Of a stretch of 64,000 bases of DNA, positions 45,228 to 55,136 are shown in pieces; position 1 is the stretch's first letter; each line of letters starts with the position of its first letter. The notes below the pieces were generated by a model, which was given only the letters and a program-made list of their open reading frames with translations, was not told the DNA's origin and searched no databases. Made by a program: the position numbers and the translations under genes. Source of the stretch: an uncultured Methylomirabilota bacterium (lineage in GTDB: Bacteria > Methylomirabilota > Methylomirabilia > Methylomirabilales > 2-02-FULL-66-22). The stretch covers positions 96,001 to 160,000 of the forward strand of contig CAWJSJ010000005.1 in assembly GCA_963845565.1 (NCBI GenBank). The letters are read 5' to 3'.

Positions 45228-46202
45228 ATGAGCGGGATGCGCATGGAGAGCACGCGGGTCGCGTTCCTGGAGACGCTGACCGAGTTGATGGAGGCCGACC
45301 CGAAGACCGTCGTGGTTTTCGCCGACTCGGTCAAGGTGTTCCGGGCCACGCCGGAGTTCCTGCAGCGATTCAAGGGGCAGGTCTTCGATGTCGGGATCGC
45401 CGAACAGAACATGGTTGCGACAGCCGCCGGCCTGGCGACCTGTGGCCTCACCGTTTTCGCCGCCACGTATGCGGGCTTCATCACCATGCGGGCGTGCGAG
45501 CAGGTCCGCACGTTCGTGGCGTATCCGGGCCTGAACGTGAAGTTCATCGGAGCGAACGCGGGAATCTTCGGCGGGGAGCGTGAAGGCGTGACCCACCAGT
45601 TCTTCGAGGACCTGGCCATCGTGCGGAGCATCCCGGGGGTGACGGTGGTGGTGCCCGCGGACGCCGCGGCGGTGCGGCAGGCCACCCGGGCGATCGCCAA
45701 GGTGGCGGGCCCCGCGTACCTGCGGATCGGGAGCGGGCGGGACCCGGTGGTCGTGGATCCACCGCGCCCATTCGAGCTGGGGAAGATCCGGCGGCTGGAG
45801 GACCACGGGCGGGACTTCGTGATCTTCGCCAACGGGTACCTGCTCCAGCGCGGCCTGGAGGCGGCGGCGCAGCTTCGGTCGCAGGGGCTCCGTGGGCGGG
45901 TGGTCGAGGTCCACACGCTGCGCCCCCTGGACGCGGAGGGCATCGCCCGGGTGCTCGGGGAAAGCCCGGCGGCGGTGAGCGTCGAGGATCACCAGATCAA
46001 CGGTGCCCTGGGGAGCGCCATCGCCGAGGTGATCGCAGAGCACGGTACGGGGCGGCTGGTGCGGCTGGGCCTCCAGGACGTGTTCGCGGAGTCGGGCGAC
46101 GCCTTCGGCCTCCTGGATCGGTACGGGCTGGGCGTCCGGGACATCGTGCAGGCCGTCGAGCGGGTCGTGAGTGAGGCGGAGGTAACGGCAGGAAAGCCGT
46201 GA
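45228..46202 (+). CDS. Split transketolase, C-terminal subunit
   Basis: FDVGIAEQNM, MRACEQVR, GVTHQFFEDLA, GPAYLR, TLRPLD, VEDHQINGALG. Confidence 0.92.
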   Translation: MSGMRMESTRVAFLETLTELMEADPKTVVVFADSVKVFRATPEFLQRFKGQVFDVGIAEQNMVATAAGLATCGLTVFAATYAGFITMRACEQVRTFVAYPGLNVKFIGANAGIFGGEREGVTHQFFEDLAIVRSIPGVTVVVPADAAAVRQATRAIAKVAGPAYLRIGSGRDPVVVDPPRPFELGKIRRLEDHGRDFVIFANGYLLQRGLEAAAQLRSQGLRGRVVEVHTLRPLDAEGIARVLGESPAAVSVEDHQINGALGSAIAEVIAEHGTGRLVRLGLQDVFAESGDAFGLLDRYGLGVRDIVQAVERVVSEAEVTAGKP

Positions 46203-46284
46203 GCAGAGAGGAGAGCAGGATCGGGAGAACAACGAAGAAGTCGTCGTTTTCGGACTCGCAACTCACACGAAGGGGGTAGAGGTC

Positions 46285-47283
46285 ATGAAGAAGCTCTTGT
46301 GTCTGATCGGTGTCGTGACCCTGGCGCTGGGCGCCCTGGCGGTGCAGGACGCCGCCGCGCAAACCGTGACGCTGCGCTACGCCCACATGAATGCGCCGAG
46401 CAGCATCGCCGGGCAGCAGGCCGCCCTGCTGGCGAAGGCCATCGAGGAGAAGACCAAGGGGGCGGTCAAGGTCAACGTCTTCCCCTCCTCCCAGCTCGGG
46501 ACCCTCCAGGAGCAGGCCGAGGCCGTCAGCTCCGGCACGGTGCAGCTCCACCACAATACCATGGCCGGCATCGGGTCGCTGTACGAGCCGTTCGGGGCGC
46601 TGGACACCCCCTTCATGTACAAGGACGTGGAGCACCTGATGCGGGTGGCCGATCCCAACTCGTCGGTCATGAAGAAGCTGGGCGAGGGGCTCCTGAAGGC
46701 CCGCGGCGTGCGGGTGTTCTACACGTTCTACTTCGGGACGCGGCAGCTCACCGCGGATCGGCAGGTGCTGAGTCCCAAGGACCTGCAGGGCGTGAAGATT
46801 CGCGCCATCCCCTTCCCCATCTACATGGCGGCGGTCGAGGGCATGGGGGCCGTGGCGACCCCCGTGGATTTCGCCGAGCTGCCGACGCAGCTGGCAACGA
46901 AGGCGGTGAACGGACAAGAGAATCCGGTCGACACGATCTTCGCCAACAAGTTTTACGAGACGCAATCCCACCTCATGCTGACCGGTCACATCAAGGGTGC
47001 GGAGCTGGTGGTCTTCAATGACGCCGCCTGGAAGAAGCTCTCGCCCGCGCTGCAGGGGCAGATCATGGAGGCGGCCAACGAAGTCAGCAAGAAGGCGACC
47101 CAGATGACGCAGGAGAGCGACGCCTCCTACACCAAGCAGTTGGCGGACAAGGGAATGAAGGTGATCGGGCCCAAGGAAGGTCTGGACATCAACGCCTTCC
47201 AGACCCGCGTGCAGGGCGAGATCTCGAAGCGGTTCGATGCCAAGTTCGGCGAGGTGTATAAAGACATCCGCGCCATCCAGTAG
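46285..47283 (+). CDS. dctP: TRAP transporter solute-binding protein
   Basis: Signal peptide; FPSSQLG, GTRQLT, DLQGVKIR, GAVATP, GQENP. Confidence 0.93.
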   Translation: MKKLLCLIGVVTLALGALAVQDAAAQTVTLRYAHMNAPSSIAGQQAALLAKAIEEKTKGAVKVNVFPSSQLGTLQEQAEAVSSGTVQLHHNTMAGIGSLYEPFGALDTPFMYKDVEHLMRVADPNSSVMKKLGEGLLKARGVRVFYTFYFGTRQLTADRQVLSPKDLQGVKIRAIPFPIYMAAVEGMGAVATPVDFAELPTQLATKAVNGQENPVDTIFANKFYETQSHLMLTGHIKGAELVVFNDAAWKKLSPALQGQIMEAANEVSKKATQMTQESDASYTKQLADKGMKVIGPKEGLDINAFQTRVQGEISKRFDAKFGEVYKDIRAIQ

Positions 47284-47284
47284 T

Positions 47285-47426
47285 CGGCTGCTGAAAACGG
47301 CCCATCTGCTGCGTTGGCTCGCTCAGGCGCTCGCTGCGGCGTACCTGGAGTACGCCTTGACCCACCGGCGGTGGGTACCCCGCCCTACGCTCGCCGCCTT
47401 GCATCTGGGTCCTTTTTGAGCAGCCT
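47285..47426 (+). mobile_element. MITE-like repeat family B, copy 4
   Basis: CGGCTGCTGAAAACGGCCCATCTGC...GCCTTGCATCTGGGTCCTTTTTGAGCAGCCT, right after the dctP stop. Confidence 0.88.
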
Positions 47427-47548
47427 TTGGGGGGTGGCTTCTTCTGCATTCCGGTGCGAGTATTCCGGATCACGAGGGCGGCGGACGCGGGCCGGAAGGG
47501 CCGGCCCGCGTCCGCCGGAAACTGCTCGATGAAGGGATGGAAGGGACC

Positions 47549-48049
47549 ATGAATAAACCGGCGCCGCACGCGAGCCTGATCGGAAGGACAACGCAGATCT
47601 GCGAGTACGTGTCGCTCGTCTGCCTGGCCGTGATTGCGACGCTGATCTTCGTCCAGATCCTCTTGCGGAACTTCGTTTCCGTGGCCTATGCCGGCATCGA
47701 GGAGCTGGCGCGCTTTGCCCACATCAATCTGGTGTTCCTGCTGGTCCCCCTCCTGTTCCGGGAGGGACTGCATGTCAAAATCGACCTGCTGACCCAAAAG
47801 GCGGGCCCGAAGCTCACGCGAATCCTGGATGCCCTCGCTGCGTTGCTGACGGCCGTGTACTGCCTCTTCTTCCTGGTGAGCGAATACCAGTTCATGGCCA
47901 AGAATGGGAGTGTGCCGAGCCCCGGCCTCGGCATCCCCAACATCGTCTTCTTTGCCGGGGCGTACCTGGGGATGGCACTCCTGCTGCTGACTGCCGGCGA
48001 GAGATTCGTGCAGACGGTGAACGGCCAGCCGGAAGGAGGCGGGCGGTGA
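47549..48049 (+). CDS. dctQ: TRAP transporter small permease
   Basis: Four TM segments; QILLR, EELARF, HVKIDL. Confidence 0.88.
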   Translation: MNKPAPHASLIGRTTQICEYVSLVCLAVIATLIFVQILLRNFVSVAYAGIEELARFAHINLVFLLVPLLFREGLHVKIDLLTQKAGPKLTRILDALAALLTAVYCLFFLVSEYQFMAKNGSVPSPGLGIPNIVFFAGAYLGMALLLLTAGERFVQTVNGQPEGGGR

Positions 48050-49329
48050 GCGGCTTCCACATCATAGGACTCTTCCTTCTCCTGAGTCTCCTGGGGGTCC
48101 CCCTGGCGGTCAGCATGGGCCTCTCCGCCGTCACCTACATCGTCATTGCGGGTATCCCGCTGGCCACCATCGCCCACCGAATGGGCAACGCTCTCAACTC
48201 GTTCCCGCTTCTGGCCGTGGTCCTGTTCATCTTCGTCGGAAGCCTGCTGAACGCCACCGGGATCACGCACCGACTCTACGAGGCGGCAAAGCTCGTGGTG
48301 GGCCGTGTGCGGGGCGGGCTGGCCTACGTCAACGTGTTGGCCAATCTGGTGATGGCGGGGATCTCCGGAGCGGCCCTCGCCGATATCGGCGCCCTGGGGA
48401 ACATTCAGATCAAGGCCATGAAGGAGCAAGGCTACAAGGAAGAGATGGCCGCCAGCATCACCGTGGCCGCGGCGACCCTCGGCCCCATCTTTCCCCCCAG
48501 CATCCCCATGATCATCTATGCCAGCGTGGCGGAGGTGTCGGGGATCAAGCTGCTCATCGCCGGCATCGTGCCGGCGCTGGTCATCACGCTCTGCCTGTGC
48601 GTGCAGGTATGGTACTTCGCCCGAAAGTACAACTTCCCTCGCGAGACGCATGTGCGGCCATGGCGAGAGAAGCTCCATACCGCCCTCGTGGCCCTGCCCG
48701 CCTTGGCAACGCCGGTGATCCTGGTGGGCGGCCTGCTCTTCGGCTGGTTCGGCCCGACAGAGTTGGCGGGCTTCACGGTGTTCTACTCGCTCTTCCTGGG
48801 GGCGGTGGTCTACAAGGAGCTGACTTGGGAGCGGCTGCTGGCGGGCGCGCGGGATACCGTCCGCGCTACAGCCACCATCATGTTTATCGTCTCCTCGGCG
48901 GCGATCTTCGCCTGGGTCCTCACCGTCGAGCAGGTCCCGGCCCAGATGTCGGCGCTCTTGCTCAGCTTCTCCAAGGATCCGGTAGTCCTCCTGATGCTGA
49001 CGAACGTGATCCTGCTCATCGTCGGGATGTTCATGGAGTCGATCGCGGCCATCATGGTCATGACGCCTCTGCTCGTCCCGCCGCTCCTGGAGGCGGGCGT
49101 GGATCCGGTTCACCTGGGTGTGGTGGTGGTACTCAACCTGATGATTGGCCTCCTGACGCCTCCGGTGGGGATGAGCCTCTACATGGTGAGCATCATCTCG
49201 AACGTGACCTTCTCTCGGATGGCCCGGGTCATCTGGCCGTTTCTGGTGCCGCTTCTGGTGTCGCTCTTGATCGTCACGCTGGTGCCGTCGATCTCAACCT
49301 GGCTGCCGAATCTGATGTTCAGGAAGTGA
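48046..49329 (+). CDS. dctM: TRAP transporter large permease
   Basis: FPLLAV, GRVRGGLA, ISGAALAD, IFPPSIPMIIY, GVDPVHLG, GLLTPPVG. Confidence 0.95.
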   Translation: MSGFHIIGLFLLLSLLGVPLAVSMGLSAVTYIVIAGIPLATIAHRMGNALNSFPLLAVVLFIFVGSLLNATGITHRLYEAAKLVVGRVRGGLAYVNVLANLVMAGISGAALADIGALGNIQIKAMKEQGYKEEMAASITVAAATLGPIFPPSIPMIIYASVAEVSGIKLLIAGIVPALVITLCLCVQVWYFARKYNFPRETHVRPWREKLHTALVALPALATPVILVGGLLFGWFGPTELAGFTVFYSLFLGAVVYKELTWERLLAGARDTVRATATIMFIVSSAAIFAWVLTVEQVPAQMSALLLSFSKDPVVLLMLTNVILLIVGMFMESIAAIMVMTPLLVPPLLEAGVDPVHLGVVVVLNLMIGLLTPPVGMSLYMVSIISNVTFSRMARVIWPFLVPLLVSLLIVTLVPSISTWLPNLMFRK

Positions 49330-49342
49330 GGGGACGACAGGC

Positions 49343-50026
49343 ATGGTGAGACAGGACCGGAAGTCGAGCCCCCTCCTCATCGAGCACGAGAACCTCGACG
49401 ACAAGATCTACGCTCGCCTGAAGGGGATGATCGCCGAGGGGCGCTTGGCGCCCGGACAGCGGATCCTGCAGGAGAAGCTGGCGCGGGACATGGGGGTGAG
49501 CCGGACGCCGCTCGTCAACGCACTGAAGCGCCTGGCCCAGGAGCGGCTGGTCGAGTGGGTGTCGCGCCGGGGGATTTACGTCAAACAGTTCTCCCTGACA
49601 GAAATGGCGCAACTGTTCGAAGTACGGGAAGGGCTGGAGCCGATCGCGGCCCGCCTGGCGGCCACGCGGATCTCCCCAGCCGAGGTGAAAGCGTTCAAGA
49701 AGGTGTTCGACGGGTTCAGCAAGAAGCCGTCCGCGGCGGAGGTGCAGCGGTATCTCAAGTGCGATCGGCACTTCCATTGGCGCCTGGTGGAATTGACGGG
49801 CAACCCCCATCTGGCGGCGGCGATGGAGTCCGTCAACATGATGATCTCCGCGTACCAAGTGGGGGTCCCGCGCAGCCTGGCCGAATCCCTTCCCGAACAT
49901 CAGGCGATCCTGGAGGCCCTGGGGCGTCGTGACCCCGACGCGAGCGAGGCGGCCATGCGGATCCACATCCGCCGATCCGTGGAGCGACTATGGAGCCGCG
50001 CACGCGCCGAGGAACCGGATCGCTGA
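49343..50026 (+). CDS. GntR/FCD family transcriptional regulator
   Basis: LAPGQRI, LARDMGVSRTPL, EVREGLE, DRHFH, EHQAILEAL...AMRIHI. Confidence 0.93.
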   Translation: MVRQDRKSSPLLIEHENLDDKIYARLKGMIAEGRLAPGQRILQEKLARDMGVSRTPLVNALKRLAQERLVEWVSRRGIYVKQFSLTEMAQLFEVREGLEPIAARLAATRISPAEVKAFKKVFDGFSKKPSAAEVQRYLKCDRHFHWRLVELTGNPHLAAAMESVNMMISAYQVGVPRSLAESLPEHQAILEALGRRDPDASEAAMRIHIRRSVERLWSRARAEEPDR

Positions 50027-50152
50027 ACCGCAGGTGGTCCGCAGGGTCTTCCTCTCCGCATTACTCGGAAGCGCCGAGCGCTCCGTGCGGTAGGGTCACG
50101 CCTTGGTATCGACCAACGCCTCCATCCGGGTGGAATGACTGCGGGTTTCCGT

Positions 50153-50195
50153 TTGACAGTCGTCCCGTGCCCATGTTACTCGTAAAACGTAACAT
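50153..50195 (+). promoter_or_regulatory. Promoter with a palindromic operator upstream of the second GntR
   Basis: TTGACA at 50153; ATGTTAC-N9-GTAACAT at 50173-50195. Confidence 0.6.
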
Positions 50196-50251
50196 TTCAG
50201 GATCGGTGGAGTCGTAGCGCGCTTCCATGGTTCGTGCCGGGAGAGCCGCGG

Positions 50252-51010
50252 ATGACCAAAGCCGGTTCGCAAGCCGCTGCTGATGCCGCGGGTGCCACCC
50301 GCGTCCATGATCGTTTACCCCTCCGCCAAATGCGCCAGGCGCGTCCCACGGTCGTTCCCATCCAGCGCGAGAGCCTGGAAGAGCAGGTCTACGCGCGGCT
50401 TCGCTCTTCCATCATCGACCGGGCGATCCAGCCGGGCCAGCGCATCCCCGTCGACCGATTGGCGCAGGAGCTGGGCATCAGTCGGACACCCATCTTGAAC
50501 GCTCTGAAGCGCCTGGCGCAGGAACGGGTGGTGGATTGCCTCTCGCGCCGCGGGATCTACGTCCGGCGCTTCAGCAAGCGGGAGATGGCGAGACTGTTCG
50601 AGGTCCGCGAAGCCCTGGAGGGGATGGCGGCCCGCCTGGCCGCGCCGCGGATCGCGCCGACCGAGGTCCGGCGCCTGAGCGCACTGTTCCGCGGTTTCGA
50701 CGGCGCGCCCATCGCCGGCTGCCGCGCGCCGCTACATCGAGCGCGACCGCCACTTCCACTGGCGGCTTGGTGGAGCTAGCCGGGAACGAGCAGCTCATGG
50801 CGGCGCTGGATTCGGTCAACATGATGTTCTTCGCCTACCAGGACGGGGTGGTGCGGCCGTCGGCCGAGACCGTGCCGGAGCACCGGGCCATCCTGGAGGC
50901 GTTGAGTCGCCACGATCCGGGGGCCAGCGAGGCGGCCATGCGGTTGCATATCCGCCGCTCGATCGAGCGGCTGGAGGCTGAGGCCGAAGTGGAAGAGGCG
51001 CGAGCGGCGG
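50252..51010 (+). pseudogene. Second GntR/FCD regulator, with two frameshifts (about 50720 and 50769) and no in-frame stop; probably sequencing error; end approximate
   Basis: LAQELGISRTP, EVREALE; RYIERDRHFHWRL in a second frame; EHRAILEAL..AMRLHI in a third. Confidence 0.75.
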
Positions 51011-51118
51011 AGGTGCATCGGAAAGGCGCGAAGAGGAGGGAAGGCACCGAGCGGAAGGTCGGGTGCGATCACGCGGGGCGAGGAAGACCGCGCGGCGACG
51101 CACGAGGAGGAAGACACC

Positions 51119-52224
51119 ATGAGCGCAACGACGACGGTAAGGGTCGCGGTATCGCGACGGACGTTCCTCAAGGCGGCGGCGGCGACCAGCGGTGCGGCGG
51201 CTCTCGGGTGGGATTCCTGGCATCCTCCAGCGCAGGCCAGGCTCCGGCCTACGCGAAGGGGACGAAACTCCATTACCTGATGCAGCTCCATTTCATCCCG
51301 GCGACGGACAAGGTGTTCATGGATCAGGCGGCGGAGTTCGGGAAGCAGATGGGGGTCGAGATCCAGGTCGAGCGGATCGGACAGAACGATGTTCCGACCC
51401 GGGCGGCGGCGGCGGTCGAGATGAAGTCCGGCCCTGACATGATCCAGATCCAAAACAACTTCCCCCTCCTCTTGGCCGACGGTGCGGTTGACGTCGGCGA
51501 TGTCGCCGAGCCTATCGGGAAGGCCCAGGGTGGGTACTACGACCTCCCCAAAGCGAACGCGTTCTCGGACGGACGATGGATCGCGGTTCCTCACGATGTC
51601 TTGGCGTGGGCCTGGAACTACCGCGAGTCGTGGATGTTCGAGGTGGGATACAACAAGTTCCCCGAGACACCTGGGACCAGTTCCGCGACATGGGGAAGAA
51701 GCTGAAGGCCAAGGGCCACCCGGTCGGCTGCGCCTTCGGCCACAGCACGAACGATCCCAATAACTACTGCTACGCCCTGACCTGGGGCTTCGGCGGCATG
51801 GAGGTGGAGAAGGACGGCAAGACCGTCGTCCTGGACAAGAAGGGCACGCTCGAGGCTCTGAAGCTCAACACCGCCATGTGGAAGGAGGCCATGGACGAGG
51901 GCGGCCTGTCCTGGGACGACGCCTCGAACAACCGGGCGTTCCTGGCGGGCAGCATCTCGGTGACCGGGAACTCGCCGAGCATCTATCCCGTGGCGCGAGA
52001 CAAGTTCCCGGATATCTACGCAGGACATGAACCACGCCCCGACGCCCAAGGGTCCGGCCGGCCGCTTCTATCAACTGCCGACGATCGGCGTGATGGTCAT
52101 GAAGCACTGCAAAGAGCAGAAGCTGGCCAAGGAGTTCATCAAGTGGTTCAGGCCAAGGAGCAGTAGAGAATGGTTCGCCCCGGCCGAGATTTGCCATTCC
52201 GCCGACCCCTCGGTCGCGCAGTAG
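51119..52224 (+). pseudogene. Tat-exported ABC carbohydrate-binding protein; at least three frameshifts and C-terminally truncated
   Basis: GAGGAGG RBS; SRRTFLK Tat motif; QAPAYAKGTKLH, SGPDMI, LSWDDASNNRAFLAG, PKGPAGR spread over three frames. Confidence 0.75.
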
Positions 52225-52314
52225 AGGCGTCGCTTTGCCTAGGTGCACCCGGTCTCGCCTCAGTATGCGGGGGTGCGCCCGGGGTGCCGTTAACCCCAAC
52301 CCGTGGAGAACGAG

Positions 52315-53664
52315 ATGAACCTGCATCGCAAACTGCTCCGCCGCGCCGAAGAAAAGCGGCCCATTCGCGTCGGTCTCATCGGTGCCGGCAAGTTCGGCAC
52401 GATGTTCTTGGCTCAAGCGCGGCTCACGCCGGGAATCCACATCTTGGGGGTGGCCGACCTGAACGTGGGACGGGCGCGGGATGCGTTCCAGAGGGCCGGA
52501 TGGCCGGCCGAGCAGGTGGCGGCGTCCTCGCTCGCGGCGGCCCTGAAGAGCGGGGGCACCCACATCACCGACGACGCGATGGCCTTGATCGCGGCGGACG
52601 GCCTGGATGTGGTGGTGGAGGCGACTGGAGTTCCGCAGGCGGGCATCAAGCACGCCCTCGCGGCGATCGCGCACAAGCGGCACGTGATCATGGTCTGTGT
52701 CGAGGCGGACGCTCTGGCGGGTCCGCTCCTGGCCAAGAAAGCCCGGGAGGCGGGTGTCGTGTACTCATTGGCCTACGGAGACCAGCCGGCCATCATCTGC
52801 GAGTTGGTGGACTGGGCGCGGGCCTGCGGCTTCCCCGTGGTCTGCGCCGGGAAAGGCACCCGCTACCATCCGACCTTTCACGAGTCCACGCCGGAGACGG
52901 TCTGGACGCATTTCGGATGGAGCGAAGAAACGGCGAAGAAAGCGGGCGCCAACCCCAAGATGTTCAATTCATTCATCGACGGGACGAAATCCGGCATCGA
53001 GATGACCGCGGTGTGCAACGCCACCGGGCTCATGGCGCCACCCGACGGTCTGCAGTTTCCACCGGTGCCGGCCGCCGAGGTTGCCAAGTTCCTGAAGCCC
53101 AGAGCCGACGGCGGGACGCTGCCTTACAAAGGGACGGTCGAGGTCATCTCCAGCCTGAATCGGGATATGACCCCGGTGCCCCACCACCTGCAGGTGGGGG
53201 TGTACGTGACGTACGAAGCGCCAACCGAGTACACGCAGCGTTGTTTCAGCGAATATTGGCTCCTCCCCGACGAGACCGGGAAGTACGCCGGTCTGTATCG
53301 GCCGTTGCATCTGATCGGATTGGAACTGGGTGTCAGTGTGGCTTCTGCCGCGCTTCGCGACGAGCCGACCGGGTGCCCGGTTGCGTGGCAGGCGGACGTG
53401 GTGGCGACGGCCAAGCGGGATCTCCGTCCGGGTGAGGTGCTGGACGGGGAAGGCGGATACATGGTGTGGGGAAAGATTTTGCCCGCCACGACCTCGTTGG
53501 CGAAAAATGGTTTACCTCTCGGACTCGCCCACACCAAGCTCGTTCGACCGGTTGCGAAAGGAGAGATCGTTACCTGGACAGATATCGAGGTGGATCGCAA
53601 GGATTCCACGGTTGCCTTCCGACGAGAGATGGAGAAAGCCTTTGCGCCCGCGGCAACCAAATGA
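52315..53664 (+). CDS. NAD(P)-dependent oxidoreductase with C-terminal SAF domain (homoserine dehydrogenase-like, COG4091 type)
   Basis: VGLIGAGKFG, VVEATG, YGDQP, FNSFIDGTKS, LYRPLHLIGLELG, AKRDLRPGEVLDGEGGY. Confidence 0.9.
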   Translation: MNLHRKLLRRAEEKRPIRVGLIGAGKFGTMFLAQARLTPGIHILGVADLNVGRARDAFQRAGWPAEQVAASSLAAALKSGGTHITDDAMALIAADGLDVVVEATGVPQAGIKHALAAIAHKRHVIMVCVEADALAGPLLAKKAREAGVVYSLAYGDQPAIICELVDWARACGFPVVCAGKGTRYHPTFHESTPETVWTHFGWSEETAKKAGANPKMFNSFIDGTKSGIEMTAVCNATGLMAPPDGLQFPPVPAAEVAKFLKPRADGGTLPYKGTVEVISSLNRDMTPVPHHLQVGVYVTYEAPTEYTQRCFSEYWLLPDETGKYAGLYRPLHLIGLELGVSVASAALRDEPTGCPVAWQADVVATAKRDLRPGEVLDGEGGYMVWGKILPATTSLAKNGLPLGLAHTKLVRPVAKGEIVTWTDIEVDRKDSTVAFRREMEKAFAPAATK

Positions 53665-53707
53665 GCCCGCTGCCCGGTGTTGACCGCGCTCGACGAGGTC
53701 GGGCCCG

Positions 53708-54662
53708 ATGAGCGATCGTCCGATCCGGGCGGGGGGGCTCGCCGTCTCGTTTCGGCGCCTGCGAACGGCCAGTCCCAGCGAGCGGCGGGAGTGGCTCTTC
53801 GCCGTTGCGCTTCTCCTGCCCGCTCTGACCATGTTATCCCTGTTCGTGGCGTATCCTTTCATCCGGGGGATCTGGCTCTCGGTGTTGAATACCACAGTCG
53901 GACGCGAGGGGGATTTCGTCGGCCTTCAGAACTACGTGAAGCTCTGGCATGACAGCATCTTCCAGCGCACCACGCAGAACACCTTCATCTACACCGGCAT
54001 CGCCACGGTGCTGAAATTGGCGCTGGGGATGGCGGTGGCGCTCATGCTGAACATGCTGATCGGGTTCAAGCGCCTCTTGCGAGCCTCCCTGCTCCTGCCG
54101 TGGATCATTCCCACGGTCCTGTCCACCCTGGCCTGGAAGTGGATGTTCGATCCCGACCTTCAGCATCGTGAACTGGATCCTCTATCACCTCGGCTTTATC
54201 GAACGCGCGTGTGGACTGGCTGGGCGGACCCGTAGCCGCCATGTGGTCGGTATCATGGTGAACGTCTGGCGCGGGATGCCCTTCTTCGCCATCACGCTCC
54301 TGGCGGGCCTGCAGACCATCAGCCCAGACATTCAGGAGGCGGCCGCTATCGACGGGGCCAACGCCTGGCAGCGATTCTGGCGGGTGACATGGCCCCTCCT
54401 GATGCCGGTGACGATGGTGGTCATGCTCTTCTCCGTCATCCAGACGTTCGCCGATTTCCAGCTGGTGTACATCCTGACGGGCGGGGGCCCGCGAACAGCA
54501 CGCACCTGTTCGCCACGTACGCGTACCAGATCGGGATCCAAACCGGGAAGCTCGGCGAAGGCGCGGCGGCGTCCCTGGCGATGTTCCCGTTCCTCTTCCT
54601 GGTGGTGGTCTTCCAGCTCTGGTACGTGCGGCGCGGCGAGGGCAGCGCGAAGGAGGCGCTGA
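53708..54662 (+). pseudogene. Carbohydrate ABC permease (MalF-like) with several frameshifts
   Basis: FVGLQNY, LLPWIIPTV, WKWMFD, NVWRGMPFF, LAGLQTI, EAAAIDGA, VYILTGGGP..THLFAT. Confidence 0.78.
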
Positions 54663-55136
54663 TGGTGATGGTCACGGGGGCCTGGTGGAAGCGGTGGCTG
54701 TGCTTGTACCTCCCGCTTGGGGCGGTGGCCATTCTCACGCTGTTCCCGTTTTACTACATGGCGGTGACAGCGATCCGTCCGGACCGGGAGATGTACATTC
54801 CCTGGAACCGTCCCAACTTCGCCCCGTTCTGGACCTGCGCACCCGACGCTGGAGCATTTCGCGCGGCTGTTCCGGGAGACGCTGTTTTGCGGGGTGGGTG
54901 AACACGTTCGATCATCTCGCTCGGGTCGACGGCTATCTCCTCTTCTGCGGCTTGCTGGCGGCCTACGCCCTGGCCCGGCTGCGGTTTCCCGGGAGGTGGG
55001 GCCATGGGCACCGGCATCTTCGTGACGTACCTGGTTCCCCAGACGCTTCTCTTCATTCCGCTGGGAGAGGTCATCCGGACCTTCCGCCTCGCGCGATTCT
55101 CCCTGGGCGCTGATCCTCACCTACCCCACGTTCCTC
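54662..55136 (+). pseudogene. Carbohydrate ABC permease (MalG-like), frameshifted and truncated at 55136
   Basis: AAGGAGG RBS; LFPFYYM, AAYALARLRF, YLVPQTLLFIPL, WALILTYPTFL followed by an abrupt junction. Confidence 0.75.

Noticed and set aside
50536..51705. GntR FCD domain fused to a solute-binding protein
   Set aside because: The binding protein has its own RBS, ATG (51119) and Tat signal in another frame; the fusion results from frameshifts.
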